From the NCBI GenBank assembly GCA_903813345.2, contig CAIIXF020000001.1, forward strand, positions 34,906,001-34,970,000: 64,000 nucleotides of DNA, given 5' to 3'. This document shows, piece by piece, positions 52,200 to 64,000 of the stretch. The position numbers and the translations under genes were made by a program. How positions within the stretch are numbered: the first letter of the stretch is position 1; each line of letters starts with the position of its first letter. The notes beneath the pieces were generated by a model. The model did not search any database and was not told the origin of the DNA. It saw nothing but the letters and a program-made list of their open reading frames with translations. The DNA comes from Owenia fusiformis. Its lineage: Eukaryota.

Positions 52200-52730
52200 T
52201 ATTTGGCGCGTCATTGAAAATGACACTCTTCAAACGGCAAGGTAAGCTAAGTTTAAAAGTTCTGCATGATGAGTATGATCAGTCTAATAACGCACTTACG
52301 TTGATGCAAATCGTATAATTCTTTTGCTGATCAAATGATGAATGCGTTTAGATATAAGTGATATCATCTTGGTTTAGTTTATGCGCTGAAGTTACATTAA
52401 ATTGATCTTAGAAAGCGGATGGATGAAAATGTTTTGAATTTTCATTTTGTTTTGAACTCGTGATCATCCAAAACAATCGCAATGTGTTTACGAAAAACAC
52501 CGACCGCCGACCACCGACCAGTCACTCTCCACAGGGGCCTCCACAGTTGGGTACACGTGGTCAGCTGTCGGTCTTTTACATAACGTAAAGGCTAGAGTAC
52601 CGAGAATTGTTGGTACGGGAGACATTGCTGTTTTGACACGCTAGAGGACTGACAAATAGATTGTCAGCACTTTAGCCCCTCCTAGTAGGAAACGCTAGAG
52701 AACCATATGGCGACACTGAAGCCACTCCTT
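52200..52730 (+). promoter_or_regulatory. Locally CpG-rich probable promoter / 5' non-coding exon region of FGGY
   Basis: TTTGGCGCG (E2F-like) at 52202, donor AAG|gtaagc at 52241/52242, CACGTG at ~52554 and CATATGGCG at ~52705. The FGGY ATG exon is preceded by an acceptor, which implies an upstream exon. Confidence 0.35.
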
Positions 52731-52743
52731 ATAAGATCCAATA

Positions 52744-52960
52744 GAGGAGATAGGGGCATTCTCGGCCACGAGGCATTCCCGGACAAACCCTTGGTGTCAG
52801 GTGAAAATCTGGGACAAAGTTAGAATTTTTACAATATATAGCACCACATCTATAATATGATGTGTCTAATACAAAGTTCCAATAAAGAAACCATATAAAA
52901 CAAAGAATTATTGAAGATCGTTCGACAATGCCCCGTGTCCGAGATTACCCCTATGTCCTC
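52744..52960. mobile_element. MITE with ~35-bp TIRs and a TA TSD
   Basis: TA|GAGGAGATAGGGGCATTCTCGGCCACGAGGCATT versus AATGCCCCGTGTCCGAGATTACCCCTATGTCCTC|TA. Confidence 0.75.
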
Positions 52961-53031
52961 TAGAGAACTGACCAAAAGTCTGTGGGTCTGCTAAATACTG
53001 TAAAACATGCTAAATTTGCAAGCATAGTGAT

Positions 53032-53181
53032 CAGGCCAAAATTTCTTTCAAAATCATGCAGTTTTTCACCATTCTGAATATTTTTTGAGTGATTTTTGGC
53101 CAAATTTGTCAAAGTGAACCCCCCCTAGAATTTTTTGGAAAAGTGAACCCCCCCCCTTGGAAAATTCTGGCTACATGCCTG
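53032..53181. mobile_element. Short MITE with CAGGC...GCCTG termini and a 5-bp TSD
   Basis: GTGAT|CAGGCC...CTACATGCCTG|GTGAT. Confidence 0.6.
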
Positions 53182-53313
53182 GTGATTTCACCTTTATTTG
53201 CTTCAATGTAGAATTGCGAATTTAAAGCTGTGTAATTTCCTGAGTAATGTGGATGAATTAATGGAACAAATGAAGAATAGAATCTACTGGTCTATTATTT
53301 CAAATTGTGTTTT

Positions 53314-53447
53314 CATGGGCGTAGCGCCCGGTACAACCAAATTTCAAAATTTTCCTGGGGGACCCCCCTGAATCCTCGTTTTTGGGATTCTTGACTCTTG
53401 TTCCTGTGGTGGTGGCGTAATACTTAGAAAATAGCGCTACGCCCATG
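53314..53447. mobile_element. 134-bp MITE with perfect 14-bp TIRs
   Basis: CATGGGCGTAGCGC...GCGCTACGCCCATG, flanked by GTTTT/ATTTT. Confidence 0.75.
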
Positions 53448-54805
53448 ATTTTGTTTATTTTATTCAAGTATTATATGCAATTCTAAAACAAACGTGAAGA
53501 AAAACATTAAAGTCGTATTTGAATACATACATGCTGTGTTAATAAAACATGTACAATATATAGTTAGTTAAAAGAACGTTTGATATTTTTGAAATACCAT
53601 CATCAGGGGCATAGCCAGCTACTACTGATATAAAAAGAAATGAGTGAAAACATGAGTGAAACTAGTGTATTTATTCTTGAAAATGTCGGTCCTCTATCTT
53701 GCCCTACTAGGAGACGATAGAGTAAAACTAAAACTGGGAATCCTTAATCTACCAAGCTGACAGAAGTCTAGTCCAACAACATTAGACCTAGCCTGGGGCC
53801 TCGTTTCTTATCTGACATGTCTTATGTCCTATTAGTAAAGATAGCCCTTATTGAGCTTAACAACATTGAACTAACAGAAGTCAGCTCTGGGAAGTTGGAT
53901 TGAAAATTCTTGAAGAGAAAAATCAAGCCCATTTTGACTAAACGCTGTGCTGAGTAGCGTTTATAATACATTACTTAGGTCCAAAGCCTTCATTCCAGCT
54001 TTGAGTGATTGTTACAGCCGCCGTGGTATTCAATATTTGTAAATCATGGTGACATACGCACAGTTGTTACGGCATAATTATATGAAACATACCTTTATGC
54101 ATACATTTGCAGAATATCAGCTCATATCCCCGTCGTAGTCGATTGTTATATATATTTTAATTAAGCTAAGTGGAATTTCATTTCAAAATGACCTCTCTTT
54201 TTCTGCTGAGTGAGCTGTATAAATGGCAGATCCTTGAGTTTGAGGTTCTTTCCGAAAAGATATTTTGAAATATCTTAATCTAGACAAGCAACGCTTCAAC
54301 CTCAATATATTCTAATAAATATTTATAAAACCTATTAAATAGGAGTTCTAGGTGCGTGTGACACTTTTTCTAGATTACATACAAAATCAATGAAGTTACA
54401 TCTTGCTGTAAGCTAGAGACTCAAGTAAATAATACACTATATATTTGAATCAATACATAATTTATTTTTTGTTACCTTATTTTGTTCCTTCAACAGTCTA
54501 TTATTACATCATGTTCAGAATTCAGTAGACAATGACAACAACAAAAAAAACCAAAGAAAAGATAGGTTGGTTAATGGTAGGTCAGAAACCTAAGGCAGGA
54601 CAATTAAATCAAGAGGAGATGGCCATGCCCAATTTGTTTGCTTGTCTTTCATTGAAAGGAACAAAATCTGTAAAAATTTGAAAAAATGATTGATATTAAA
54701 AATCGAATTATTAATGTTTTAAGGTTATAAATATGGCTAAATATCTCCCTATGTTAGATTCTGGATCTACCAGTAGGAGTCAACTAGATAAGGCAGGGCC
54801 TATGC

Positions 54806-54875
54806 TAGACATCAATTCTTGTATTTGAACTGTCATTCATCTGAACTATTAATCAAATACAAGAATCGATATCTA
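54806..54875. mobile_element. 70-bp miniature inverted-repeat element with a ~10-bp TSD
   Basis: GGGCCTATGC|TAGACATCAATTCTTGTATTTGA...TCAAATACAAGAATCGATATCTA|GGGCCTATGC. Confidence 0.7.
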
Positions 54876-55331
54876 GGGCCTATGCTAAAAATTCCCAAAT
54901 ATCGATTTCCTTTGAACATTTACCCTATGTGCAGTATTAGTTATAAACTACTGTCTGCATAGTAAAGACTATATTACAGTTTAGTAGCCCCACCCCACAA
55001 CCTATGCCTGACAGCCGGGGTCATAAGTCAGTGTGGAATCTGTGGATGTATAAAATAAATTGCATTTCTCTGGTGTTATCTTACATATCTATAGCTCAAA
55101 GGCATCTTGATCATTCATACAAATTGACACAATGATAGAAGTTGACAATGCTGTGCCTCCATGTGGTATTGTTTACCTACTGAGGATCGTGCACAAGCAA
55201 GATCCAGTAGGTGTAACCTATGTCAATTCTTTCAAGGTGGCACAGGCAGAATAGCATACCACCAGCGCCTATTAGTCTTACTTCAGTCACTCCATATTTG
55301 TTGCTTTATTTCAGCCTTGACCTAAGACACT

Positions 55332-55529
55332 ATGTCTGGTGCAGATGATACAAGTCCTCTATACATTGGTGTTGATGTTGGGACAAGAAGTGTCAGAGCT
55401 GCACTGTTCAACAAAGCAGGGTTGTCCATCAAGACCAGTGTCAAACCAATAACAATTTGGAACCCTAAACCAAACTTCTATGAACAATCGTCAGATAATA
55501 TTTGGGCCTCGTGTTGTGCTGCTATCAAA
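55332..55529 (+). CDS. FGGY: FGGY coding exon 1 (phosphate-1 motif GVDVGT)
   Basis: Acceptor tttcag| at 55314, ATG at 55332, donor AAA|gtgagt at 55530. Confidence 0.93.
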
Positions 55530-55647
55530 GTGAGTTTGTTGTAACATGCATGATGCTTTAGTTATAAGTTATTTTGTTTTTATATAAGTTATTTTGTTAC
55601 AAACCATTCAATGTTAAATATCAAATGTCTAATATATGGTTGCCGTT

Positions 55648-55781
55648 GATGTTTCCAAATGTATAGTGGATGTCTTCAAATGTATAGTGGATGTTTTCAA
55701 ATGTGTGTTGAATGTATTCAAATGTCATGGATGTTTTCAAAATGTGGGGAGGATGTTTTCAAATGTGTGATAGATGTTTTC
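55648..55781. repeat. ~21-bp minisatellite (GATGTTTTCAAATGTATAGTG), ~6 copies, in an FGGY intron
   Basis: Directly visible degenerate tandem units. Confidence 0.8.
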
Positions 55782-55909
55782 CTTTTCAAGATTATGTAAC
55801 ATTATATTAACAAACTTATGAAAAAGTCCAATTATGGGCCCAGGCATTAGTGCCTTAGTGGGCCATGGTGAATGTGATATTCGATGGGAAAACTTTATGT
55901 TGATTCCAG

Positions 55910-56021
55910 GATGCCTGCCTTGGGGTGTCACCAGACAGAGTCAAGGGTATTGGAGTGGATGCTACATGTTCACTGGTAGTACTAGACAAGAATGATCAAC
56001 CCCTCTCTGTGAGTCCAACAG
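55910..56021 (+). CDS. FGGY: FGGY coding exon 2 (DACLGVSPDRVKGIGVDATCSLVVLDKNDQPLSVSPT)
   Basis: Acceptor ttccag| and donor ACAG|gtgaga; phase 0-1. Confidence 0.93.
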
Positions 56022-56420
56022 GTGAGAAAATTGTTTTTTATGTCACCAAAAATTGGTGAAATTGTTAGTCACAACTTTGACTGGTATTCAGTGTCCCCAT
56101 TCAGCATCTGTAACAATTGTTACACTTTTGTATTTGCAACCAGTGGGTCACATTTCAATGTTAATGCCATGCATCATAATATTTTGTTCAATGTTGTTAT
56201 TCTGAAAACTTTCATGAAAATCTAAATAGAGAATCTACCTGTCAAAGCAAAGCATTCTACTTAAATCAATTGTTGACATTGTTATTTAATTTTTTTTCTT
56301 CATTCTTTCCTTATTGATGAATGATGTGTTGCCCCATTTTAGTGTCCATGTTTTGGCATAAAGCTGACATTTTCACTATCCCATAATTTTTACCTACATG
56401 GGATTATGGTGGACTTTTAG

Positions 56421-56572
56421 GAATGAAGGAACAGAATGTAGTTATGTGGATGGACCACAGGGCTCAGGAACAAGCACAGAGAATTAATTTGACCAATCAT
56501 GATGTCCTGAAATATGTTGGTGGTGCCATCTCATTAGAAATGGAACCTCCAAAACTACTTTGGCTTAAGGAG
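56421..56572 (+). CDS. FGGY: FGGY coding exon 3 ([14 protein letters not shown]...PPKLLWLKE)
   Basis: Acceptor cttttag| and donor GAG|gtaagt; phase 1-0. Confidence 0.95.
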
Positions 56573-57185
56573 GTAAGTCTATTAGAAATAATATGAATAG
56601 ACATTTTAAGATATAGCATGTTTTTCTTTAAAGTTTACGAAATAATACTGTAATATGGTCAAGATATGCACAGATTCAAAGGAAGGTTGGGAATTTTACA
56701 CAAGTTTTTTTGTCCCAGGGGGTGGGTGGGATCTTGACAGAGCTTGTTCTTCATTCTGGAATTAGAGACTTTTGAAATGCTTATTTCTGGTAATCAGGAT
56801 TTTACTATATTTGATCAGCTATTGTTACTCCCAAGATGGGGAAATTCACTCACCGGGTTGCTCCCAGGTTTCAGAATTTTTATTTGATCAAAATCCCCAT
56901 GCCTTCCTCTGTGAGGGGTCTCATCACAAACCTTTGAATAGTACACTATAGCCACCACTCTTTGTGACAGGCATTTGGCAGTCAGCTTTTGGTGTCAGTA
57001 ACAAATTATGACACTTAATTCAATAACCATTTGTAATAACTTACCAGCAGGTGTTATTTTTCCATGTCAACATTGCCTTGTTTGCTCACATGGTTTGCTT
57101 ATATGATGATATAATAGAAAAATGTATTTTGGGAGAAATATGATTTTATTTTTGAACCATCATATTGTTTTGTGCCTTATTTCAG

Positions 57186-57274
57186 AACATGAATGAATCC
57201 TGTTGGAACAAGGCTGGATCCTTCTTTGAGTTGCCAGATTTCCTGACTTTCAAGGCAACTGGCTGTACAACCAG
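57186..57274 (+). CDS. FGGY: FGGY coding exon 4 ([29 protein letters not shown])
   Basis: Acceptor tttcag| and donor CCAG|gtgaga; phase 0-2. Confidence 0.93.
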
Positions 57275-58349
57275 GTGAGATATGAACAAACACACCTTGT
57301 GTATTTGTGTCATCTTGTGATGGTGTTCAGCAGTTTGTGTTCAGTCGTTGGAGTTCAGTGGTAGGTGTTTGGCGGTCACCATCTGTAACAATGCTGGTGA
57401 CATTTTACATGTTATTGCCTTTACTTGTATCACTTTACTGGCCATTTTTGATGATAGAGGTATGGTTATCGTTTTCATCATGCTCATCAATAACAGCTGG
57501 TTCATTGCTGTACCCAGTTGCAAATATGAAAATTACATGCCACTGTTGAAAATTTGTCTACATCCATCCTGCCTAAATGCCTACTAGTTTCAGATATTTT
57601 GACCATTTCAGGTACTGTAAATTGCTTTAATCAAATTTTGAAATTTTGGCTGCTATTTAATCTGGCGGATTGACCATCATCAATCGTATTACTCACTTCA
57701 CACCTCGCCACCAATAATGCAATTTCATCTCTCCTGGTATCAGATTGTTTTACCTAAACCAGTGGGGACTCTGTAGGTCTTCGGAAATAGTTTAAGATTT
57801 ACATTTTATCCATGATTCAGTCTAGATTTTCACCAAAGTTTTATCTTGCAAGGCAACACATGAATAAGGCACCGAGTGAAAATTCCATGTTTTCATTGAA
57901 GAAAATTGGCGGATACTTAATTTGGTGGTTTCAATCCATCCTCCAAATTAAAACGGCTGTCAAATTGAAGCACTTCACAGTAATTGTAGGATTTGGCACT
58001 TTTTGAGAAACTTTTGTTGTTGAGATCAATATATTCAGCAATCAGCTACACCTTCCCTCATTCACTATGGTTTGGAATTATATTGATGGAGAACACCAGA
58101 GACATTGAGAGACACATACAATATAATATCTCACTCAAAATAAAAATATGGAAGAGATGTATAAAATTAAATGGATACCTACCTTCAATAAGCTTTCCAA
58201 AGACAATTTGAAGCTACAGATTAGATATGTATTTTATTTCAGTTGAAGCTTAAGCCAATTTATGCAGTAGTAAAAAGCCCTCACGGCTCTTCCCCCACAT
58301 CTGTTTTGTAACATTTTGTCCACACTCATAACATGGGTTATATTTACAG

Positions 58350-58483
58350 GTCACTATGTTCCATGGTGTGCAAGTGGAGTTACTGCATATCAGAGGGGGA
58401 CACTTCTAAACAAGGCTGGAGTGACACCTTTTGGCAACAAATAGGACTAGATGACTTAGCAGAAGCTAATTATGCAAAAATAG
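58350..58483 (+). CDS. FGGY: FGGY coding exon 5 ([11 protein letters not shown]...[23 protein letters not shown])
   Basis: Acceptor tttacag| and donor ATAG|gtagat; phase 2-1. Confidence 0.92.
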
Positions 58484-58530
58484 GTAGATATATGCAAAAA
58501 TAAGTAGACATATGCAAAAATTAGATGCAT
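58471..58530 (+). repeat. 20-bp tandem triplication spanning an FGGY splice donor
   Basis: TATGCAAAAA at 58471, 58491 and 58511. Confidence 0.8.
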
Positions 58531-58667
58531 ATATTCAACAGGATTTTGACCTTACAAGCAAAACTGTGAAACAATTAATTCTGTTTGAGTACTCTTATTT
58601 GTTTTTATAACTCTGTTATTTGGAAAGTGGAAAGAGAATGCATGAATAGTGCATTCAAATGATATCA

Positions 58668-58728
58668 TTATCCCTCCAAACAAAGTTCAAGGGGGATATA
58701 GGAAAGCCGTCTGTCTGTTCGTCTGTGG
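58668..58728 (+). mobile_element. 5'-end fragment of another DINE-1/HINE-like element
   Basis: ATCCCTCC...GGGGGAT hairpin followed by ccgtctgtctgttcgtctgt. Confidence 0.4.
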
Positions 58729-59459
58729 AAAGAGAGTTCTCAGTAAACATGAATGGCTGTATTACAAGTATGGTTTGACTAAATATGCACTTATGCAGTC
58801 CTGGAAAAATACCTGGATATGGATATTGGGAAACTAAAGCTTCTGAATGTGAACAGAAGAAATAAACTAGATTGTATTATTAAGGGATATAATTTTTTTA
58901 TTTTCAATCTTATAAATGATCAATAAGGAATCGTGATAGCTGATAATCATTGAATATCTATGGAATTAATTAACTAGAATTGAACTATTTGTAGCTGGCT
59001 TTCAAAGCTGCTTGCCCTGTATCAGATTAGACTATATCTTCTAGTCTAAAATTTTTTGAAATTTAGAATGAAAATATTCAGTATATTCAGAAAATATTCA
59101 TATTCATAATATATATGTTATAATCCGGGATTGAAAAATATTAGTTTACATAGGAAGTGCCATTCAAAATGGCCAATGAAGTAAATTAATTTGCATATTT
59201 GTTACTTCCCCTAGCTTTATTTCCATTTGACAATAAGCTGTGTTACTTTTTGTAGCATTTGATTGTACCTTACTACTTAATTGAATTGTTATAATGTTTA
59301 TTTTTTGGGAAGTGAGGCTTCCTAAAATTGATAATTTTGTGCACAAAATTTCCTGTTTTTATCCACAGGAGGGAATTGATGATCAATAGACTGAATTCTC
59401 AGGATATTCAGTCCATTGGATGTAGACTACGTATTAGATGGGAAGGATTCCTTTTTATT

Positions 59460-60791
59460 ATGTCCCCACCACATAGTGTGGGGCCATATTGTCGGCCTAG
59501 GCGCGTCCGTCTGTCTGTCCGTCTGTCCGTCTGTCTGTCCGGCAGTTTTCTCCAAAACCGCTACAGATATCACCTTCAAATTTTCAGGGATAACTTATGA
59601 GTGCATACAGATGTGGATGAAAAAAAATTAACTCGATACCTACTTCCTGTCGGCCATTTTGAAGTCAAATGCTAAAATCCTTGTCTGCAAACTTTAAGAA
59701 AAACTGCTTCACAGTTGCTTTTAAAACTTTAAAATCTTGTTCAACTCACTTCATTCTAGATCTGATTAGGTTTTGGACCTGCTAGCTCAGTCATGTCAGC
59801 CATTTTGAATGTCTTAAGAAAAGTTAGCGCGCGATAATACTTTGTATCATATTGAATGTTGTTTTTGAGTTTTCATACTTTAACTATTTAGTACCTTTAT
59901 AAATAATTTCAGATGTACTTTGCTGTAAAAGCCTACTTTATTGTTAACAGTAGTTATATGTGATAATTTTGTAAAAAGAAATCAGCAAAAACTCATAAGG
60001 ACTTTTTTATTGTCGGCCATTTTGGATTTTTCGGTCCTAAAATCTTGTCTGTGAAGTCTTGTCTGCGCGTTTTCAGGTGAACCGTTTGGTGGATCAATTT
60101 CAAATTTTCAGGAATGATTCCTAGTATGAAAATCTAGAACTGATTAGTTTTTTTGCATTCTGGGTAAATGTCAAGGCAGCCATTTTGGATTTTCCGTCTT
60201 AAAATCTTGCCTGTAAAGTCTTGTCTACGCGTTTTTAGGAGAACGGTTTGATAGATCAATTTCAAATTTTCAGGGATGATTCTTTGTATGAAAATCTACA
60301 TCTGATTACTTTTTTTTTTTTGCATTCTGCGTAAATGTTAAGGCAGCCATTTTGGATTTTCTGTCCTAAAATCTTGTCTGTAAAGTCTTGTCTACCCGTT
60401 TTCAGGTGAACCGTTTGGTAGATCAATTTCATATTTTCAGGGATGATTCTTAGTATGAAAATCTACAAACAGATTAGTTTTTTGACATTCTGGGTAAATG
60501 TCAAGGCAGCCATTTTGGATTTTCCATCCTGAAATCTTGTCTGTAAAGTCTTGTTTACATGTTTTCTGGTTAACTGTGTGACGGATCAATTTCAAATTTT
60601 CAGGGGTGGTTCTTAGTATGAAAATCTAGAACTGACTAAATTTTTGGCATTCTGGGTAAATTTTAAGGTGGCCACTTTGGATTTTCCGTCCTCAAATTGT
60701 GTTGGTAAAGTCTTGTCTACTCATTTTCAGGATAACCATTTCACAGGATCACCACTTGGTGGGGACATTTTGTACACATTTGTGTTCTTGT
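59460..60791 (+). mobile_element. Full-length Helentron-associated / DINE-1-like element with ~4.5 x ~163-bp tandem repeats
   Basis: 12-bp subterminal inverted repeat ATGTCCCCACCA (59460) / TGGTGGGGACAT (60757), a 5' hairpin, a (GTCY)n microsatellite at ~59505-59540, a 3' ACACA-TT-TGTGT hairpin and T-rich flanks. Confidence 0.8.
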
Positions 60792-61099
60792 TAAACTTGG
60801 TCTGGTTGGGTAAGACCTTTCAATATGTTTCCTCACGGTAGATGTGTTTCCTGAAAATTGAAATTATATGGATAATACAGATGTGCAGTAGGCTAGGTGG
60901 GGTGGGGAGTGTTTAGCCAAATTCTCAACCTGACTTAGGACCTAGGGGAGGATACATGAAAAAGTGTATATATCAGTCATAAAAATGTTACTATGAGTGG
61001 GTAATAGAAGGCAGTTACAAGATAGGGAATGAATTGAAGTCTAATAAAGATCGCAGTCTACTCTTATTTTTAAAATAAAATTTTTTGTTATTTACAAAA

Positions 61100-62930
61100 A
61101 GCTTCAATCACAAAAATTGGAAACCTGCAGCGTATCTTAACGTCGTGTTGCACAACTGACATATAGGTAGTCGGAATGATGGCTCAAATGTGCCAGGAAA
61201 GTACTTTTTAATTTACAGTTGCAACATATTCTCGAATTTGGTACCGTTAGAAAGCTTGTGGTGCCTAGATTTGAGATCCACTTGTTAGCAATTATGAAAT
61301 GTGGGCCGAATGTGTCTAAAACGCCCGTTTCCATGGTAACCACAAAAATATGGTGTTAATAAGCAGAAAATTGTTTTCATGCATAACTTTACTAATATTG
61401 CTCCGATTTTAATGAAATTCGTATCAAATTAAAGAGAATTAAAAATCCCATTTTTGAAAATAACATTTATGCAAATTAGCTCATTTGCATATTGATTGTG
61501 ACGTCATCACTGCATTATTTTGCGTATTTTTTGATAAACGGGTATATTTATTTCAGTACAGTAATGTACAGTTACAACATATTCATGAATAGGGTAGACG
61601 TATTCTCTTCGGAGAAACGGAATACTTTCAAACATCCAACTTAAGCATCGCGGAGAAAGGTTCTTTTATGGTTTTACTAGCTCTTTGCCTAATACTTCGA
61701 AAACTGTCCGCCATTTTTAAAACACAAGTGTTTCTGTGCGAAATTAATTCACGCCCGCAAATATAATTATGATCCCTCGAGATGTGGAAGCACAATGAAA
61801 TATCCAAAGAGATGATTTTGTTACTGTATGGATCGTTTAAAGTTGTTCAATTGTTGTTGAAATGAAACTTTCATTCGCTATTTAGATGAAATAGAGCTGT
61901 AATTATTTGCGCAAAAATGGACAATAAAGGTAATATAAGGTCACTATCAGTTCCCTTGGATGGTTAGAATCGTTACTAAGATGTTCTAGCAGACAGAATT
62001 GGCCTAGAATTATATTTGAAATATATTTTTTATGACCAAATTAAGAGATAAGTAAAACGTATAATGGTTTTTGGTTTGTTTTCTCATTCATACTCGCTTT
62101 AATTGATAACGAGCCATACATAAGACATACCTTGGTCGGTAAATGCATGTCATATGCATAATATATTAAGTGTCAAACTATAATGTCAAAATAGCACTTT
62201 TGAACAGCAAAACCTTGTCCAAAAAGTTCCAATGTTATCGGACATCGGACCCGATGTAATCAATGAGTAATATTATAAAGATCCGAAAATATCTTGAGTA
62301 AAGGATCTCAGAATCCGAACATTACTTGAGTAAAATCTGTTAAGATCCAATGATATCGTCGAGTTTATGCAAGCTGATGATGGAATAGTGTTAGGGTTAC
62401 TTTTTGGGAGTTTTCGAACCTTGATTTAATTGCTTTATTAGAAGGGTTCCTCATTATTAATACTATTGTAACATTTTGACCCAGACTGACACAACAGAAA
62501 TTAGGCTATCAACACTGTGGGATAGGAATTGCGTGGAATTGCATTGAAGTAAATTATTATCTATATTTATGGATAAAAATGAATATGTTTCACGTTCCTA
62601 ATCTCTACAGGTCAATTTTTTTCATTTTAGTAGCCATTGTACTGATATCTTATCTTATTCAAAATTGAGAGCGAATGAGTATATCGGGTCTGCTAACTTT
62701 TACATTTTAGACCAATCAAGGGGGAATTATATCATATTATATTATATCCCGACGCCAGGAGTATATGATAAATTAACAGGAATATTTGTGATATACGTCA
62801 TGTTATTATATGATCATCCGAAAGCCTACTCACTATCTCATCGGGTTTTACTCACAGTATAATCGTAATACTCAGGCGGTAGCATCGGGTCCTGTAGAAT
62901 CGTACTCGAGGTATAATCGGGTCTTTCATT
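61100..62930. mobile_element. Probable degraded DNA-transposon sequence(s) in an FGGY intron
   Basis: Elevated CpG, palindrome ATGCAAATTAGCTCATTTGCAT at ~61469, short repeated (GATCCGAA..TTGAGTAAA) units at 62250-62350 and ATCGGG units at 62680-62920; termini unresolved. Confidence 0.3.
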
Positions 62931-64000
62931 TTCAACTTTCACTGGTGATTTCAATGATATGCAACATATGGCAGTAAAACAAATGTGATATATTTGCACC
63001 TATTGTATCTTTGAATCGAATGGAGTAAATACAGCCATGGTTCCTACTTATTTAAGTTGTAAAACATCATTCAAATATTTAGAAGTTAAATTTAGCAATT
63101 TGATAGCAAATATTGCATTAAGTACTCATCATTCTGTCATCATATTATCATATGTCAGAAAAGAATATTTTTGAATTTACATCACATTGAGAAAGAACAA
63201 GGGGCAACATTAAAAAACAGATGAATTGATTAACAAGTCAAAAATGCATATCAATAAATAAAATATTTATCTGCTTTATTGAGATCAAATGGTCATATAC
63301 AGTTTGTTTTAAAGTGGCAGTAAAATACTGAATTTATTATTTCACATCACAGTGAGGAAGCACAAAGGGCAACATTTGAAAACACATAAAATATAACAAT
63401 TTCTGAAAGGTTACTCTAGGCTTACATAACTGTCATACTTCTGTGGATGAGCACATTCATGTGTTTGTTTATTATAAGAGACTCTATGAGCTATCATCAT
63501 CTTCTTCATATGACAACATTTCAGGCATATCTTTTGATTTTAAAATGTCAAACTTTGTGGCCATGAACAACACCATCCAATGATTGCATTAATACTATTA
63601 CATACAACTGGATCTGGGTTATACTCCATCCATGTATGGTGAGATTAAGAGGACACAAACATATTACTGGGCTTTTACACAAGTTAGGCCATATGTTTCT
63701 TGTTAAACAATGATGGTTTATTTCCCATTCCCTTGAAGAGGGTCCTCTGTGTATCGTTTAGATTGGTTGGCACACCAAAAGTGAGTTGACATACATCATC
63801 TGCAGCCTAAACTGGGATGTCCTCAAAAGAGTCCACTACGATTTAGATGTAAAAAATTTGAAGACACTCGGTGCAAAATTGACAAAATGCCAGCACCAGT
63901 CCTGTTACTTTTGGAACACCCTGTACAGTTCCCTTTGTTTTGGACATTTCCTACTGATTGTGACTTATAGTATATTTCTTCTGCACAATAAAGTTGAGCT

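Larger units (their letters stand above)
55332..58483 (+). other. FGGY: FGGY carbohydrate kinase domain-containing (D-ribulokinase-like) gene, first five coding exons; continues beyond the window
   Basis: Spliced translation includes [70 protein letters not shown] and [10 protein letters not shown]. All introns are GT-AG with compatible phases. Confidence 0.95.

Noticed and set aside
63811..63925. Tc1/mariner-like end ...GGAACACCCTG|TA
   Set aside because: The matching left terminus is too degenerate to define an element.

Overview
AT-rich (roughly one-third GC by eye) genomic DNA from a eukaryote, most likely an invertebrate bilaterian; there are no prokaryotic features and no CRISPR array. 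Two intron-containing genes lie on the + strand. (1) A ZEB/Zfh1-family zinc-finger homeobox transcription factor has coding exons at 34878-45385 and a probable ~5-kb 3'UTR to ~50.4 kb. Its family-typical first coding exon is not visible, so 1-34 kb is probably a large regulatory intron or 5' region. (2) The first five coding exons of an FGGY carbohydrate (ribulo)kinase lie at 55332-58483, and that gene runs off the window. The rest is non-coding DNA with MITEs, two Helentron/DINE-1-like elements carrying ~163-bp tandem arrays, a LINE 3' fragment and minisatellites. The most interesting signals are regulatory. ZEB-type CAGGTG/CAGGTA motifs form very dense clusters upstream of the ZEB exons (8 in ~250 bp at 27.85-28.1 kb), suggesting autoregulation. 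The ZEB 3'UTR carries clustered seed matches for miR-8/200, miR-96, miR-1 and let-7, plus Pumilio elements and a MITE-derived hairpin. The protein also contains a segment resembling the vertebrate ZEB2 Smad-binding domain. Together these may outline a vertebrate-like ZEB feedback circuit in an invertebrate. All enrichment figures are hand estimates and need computational confirmation.
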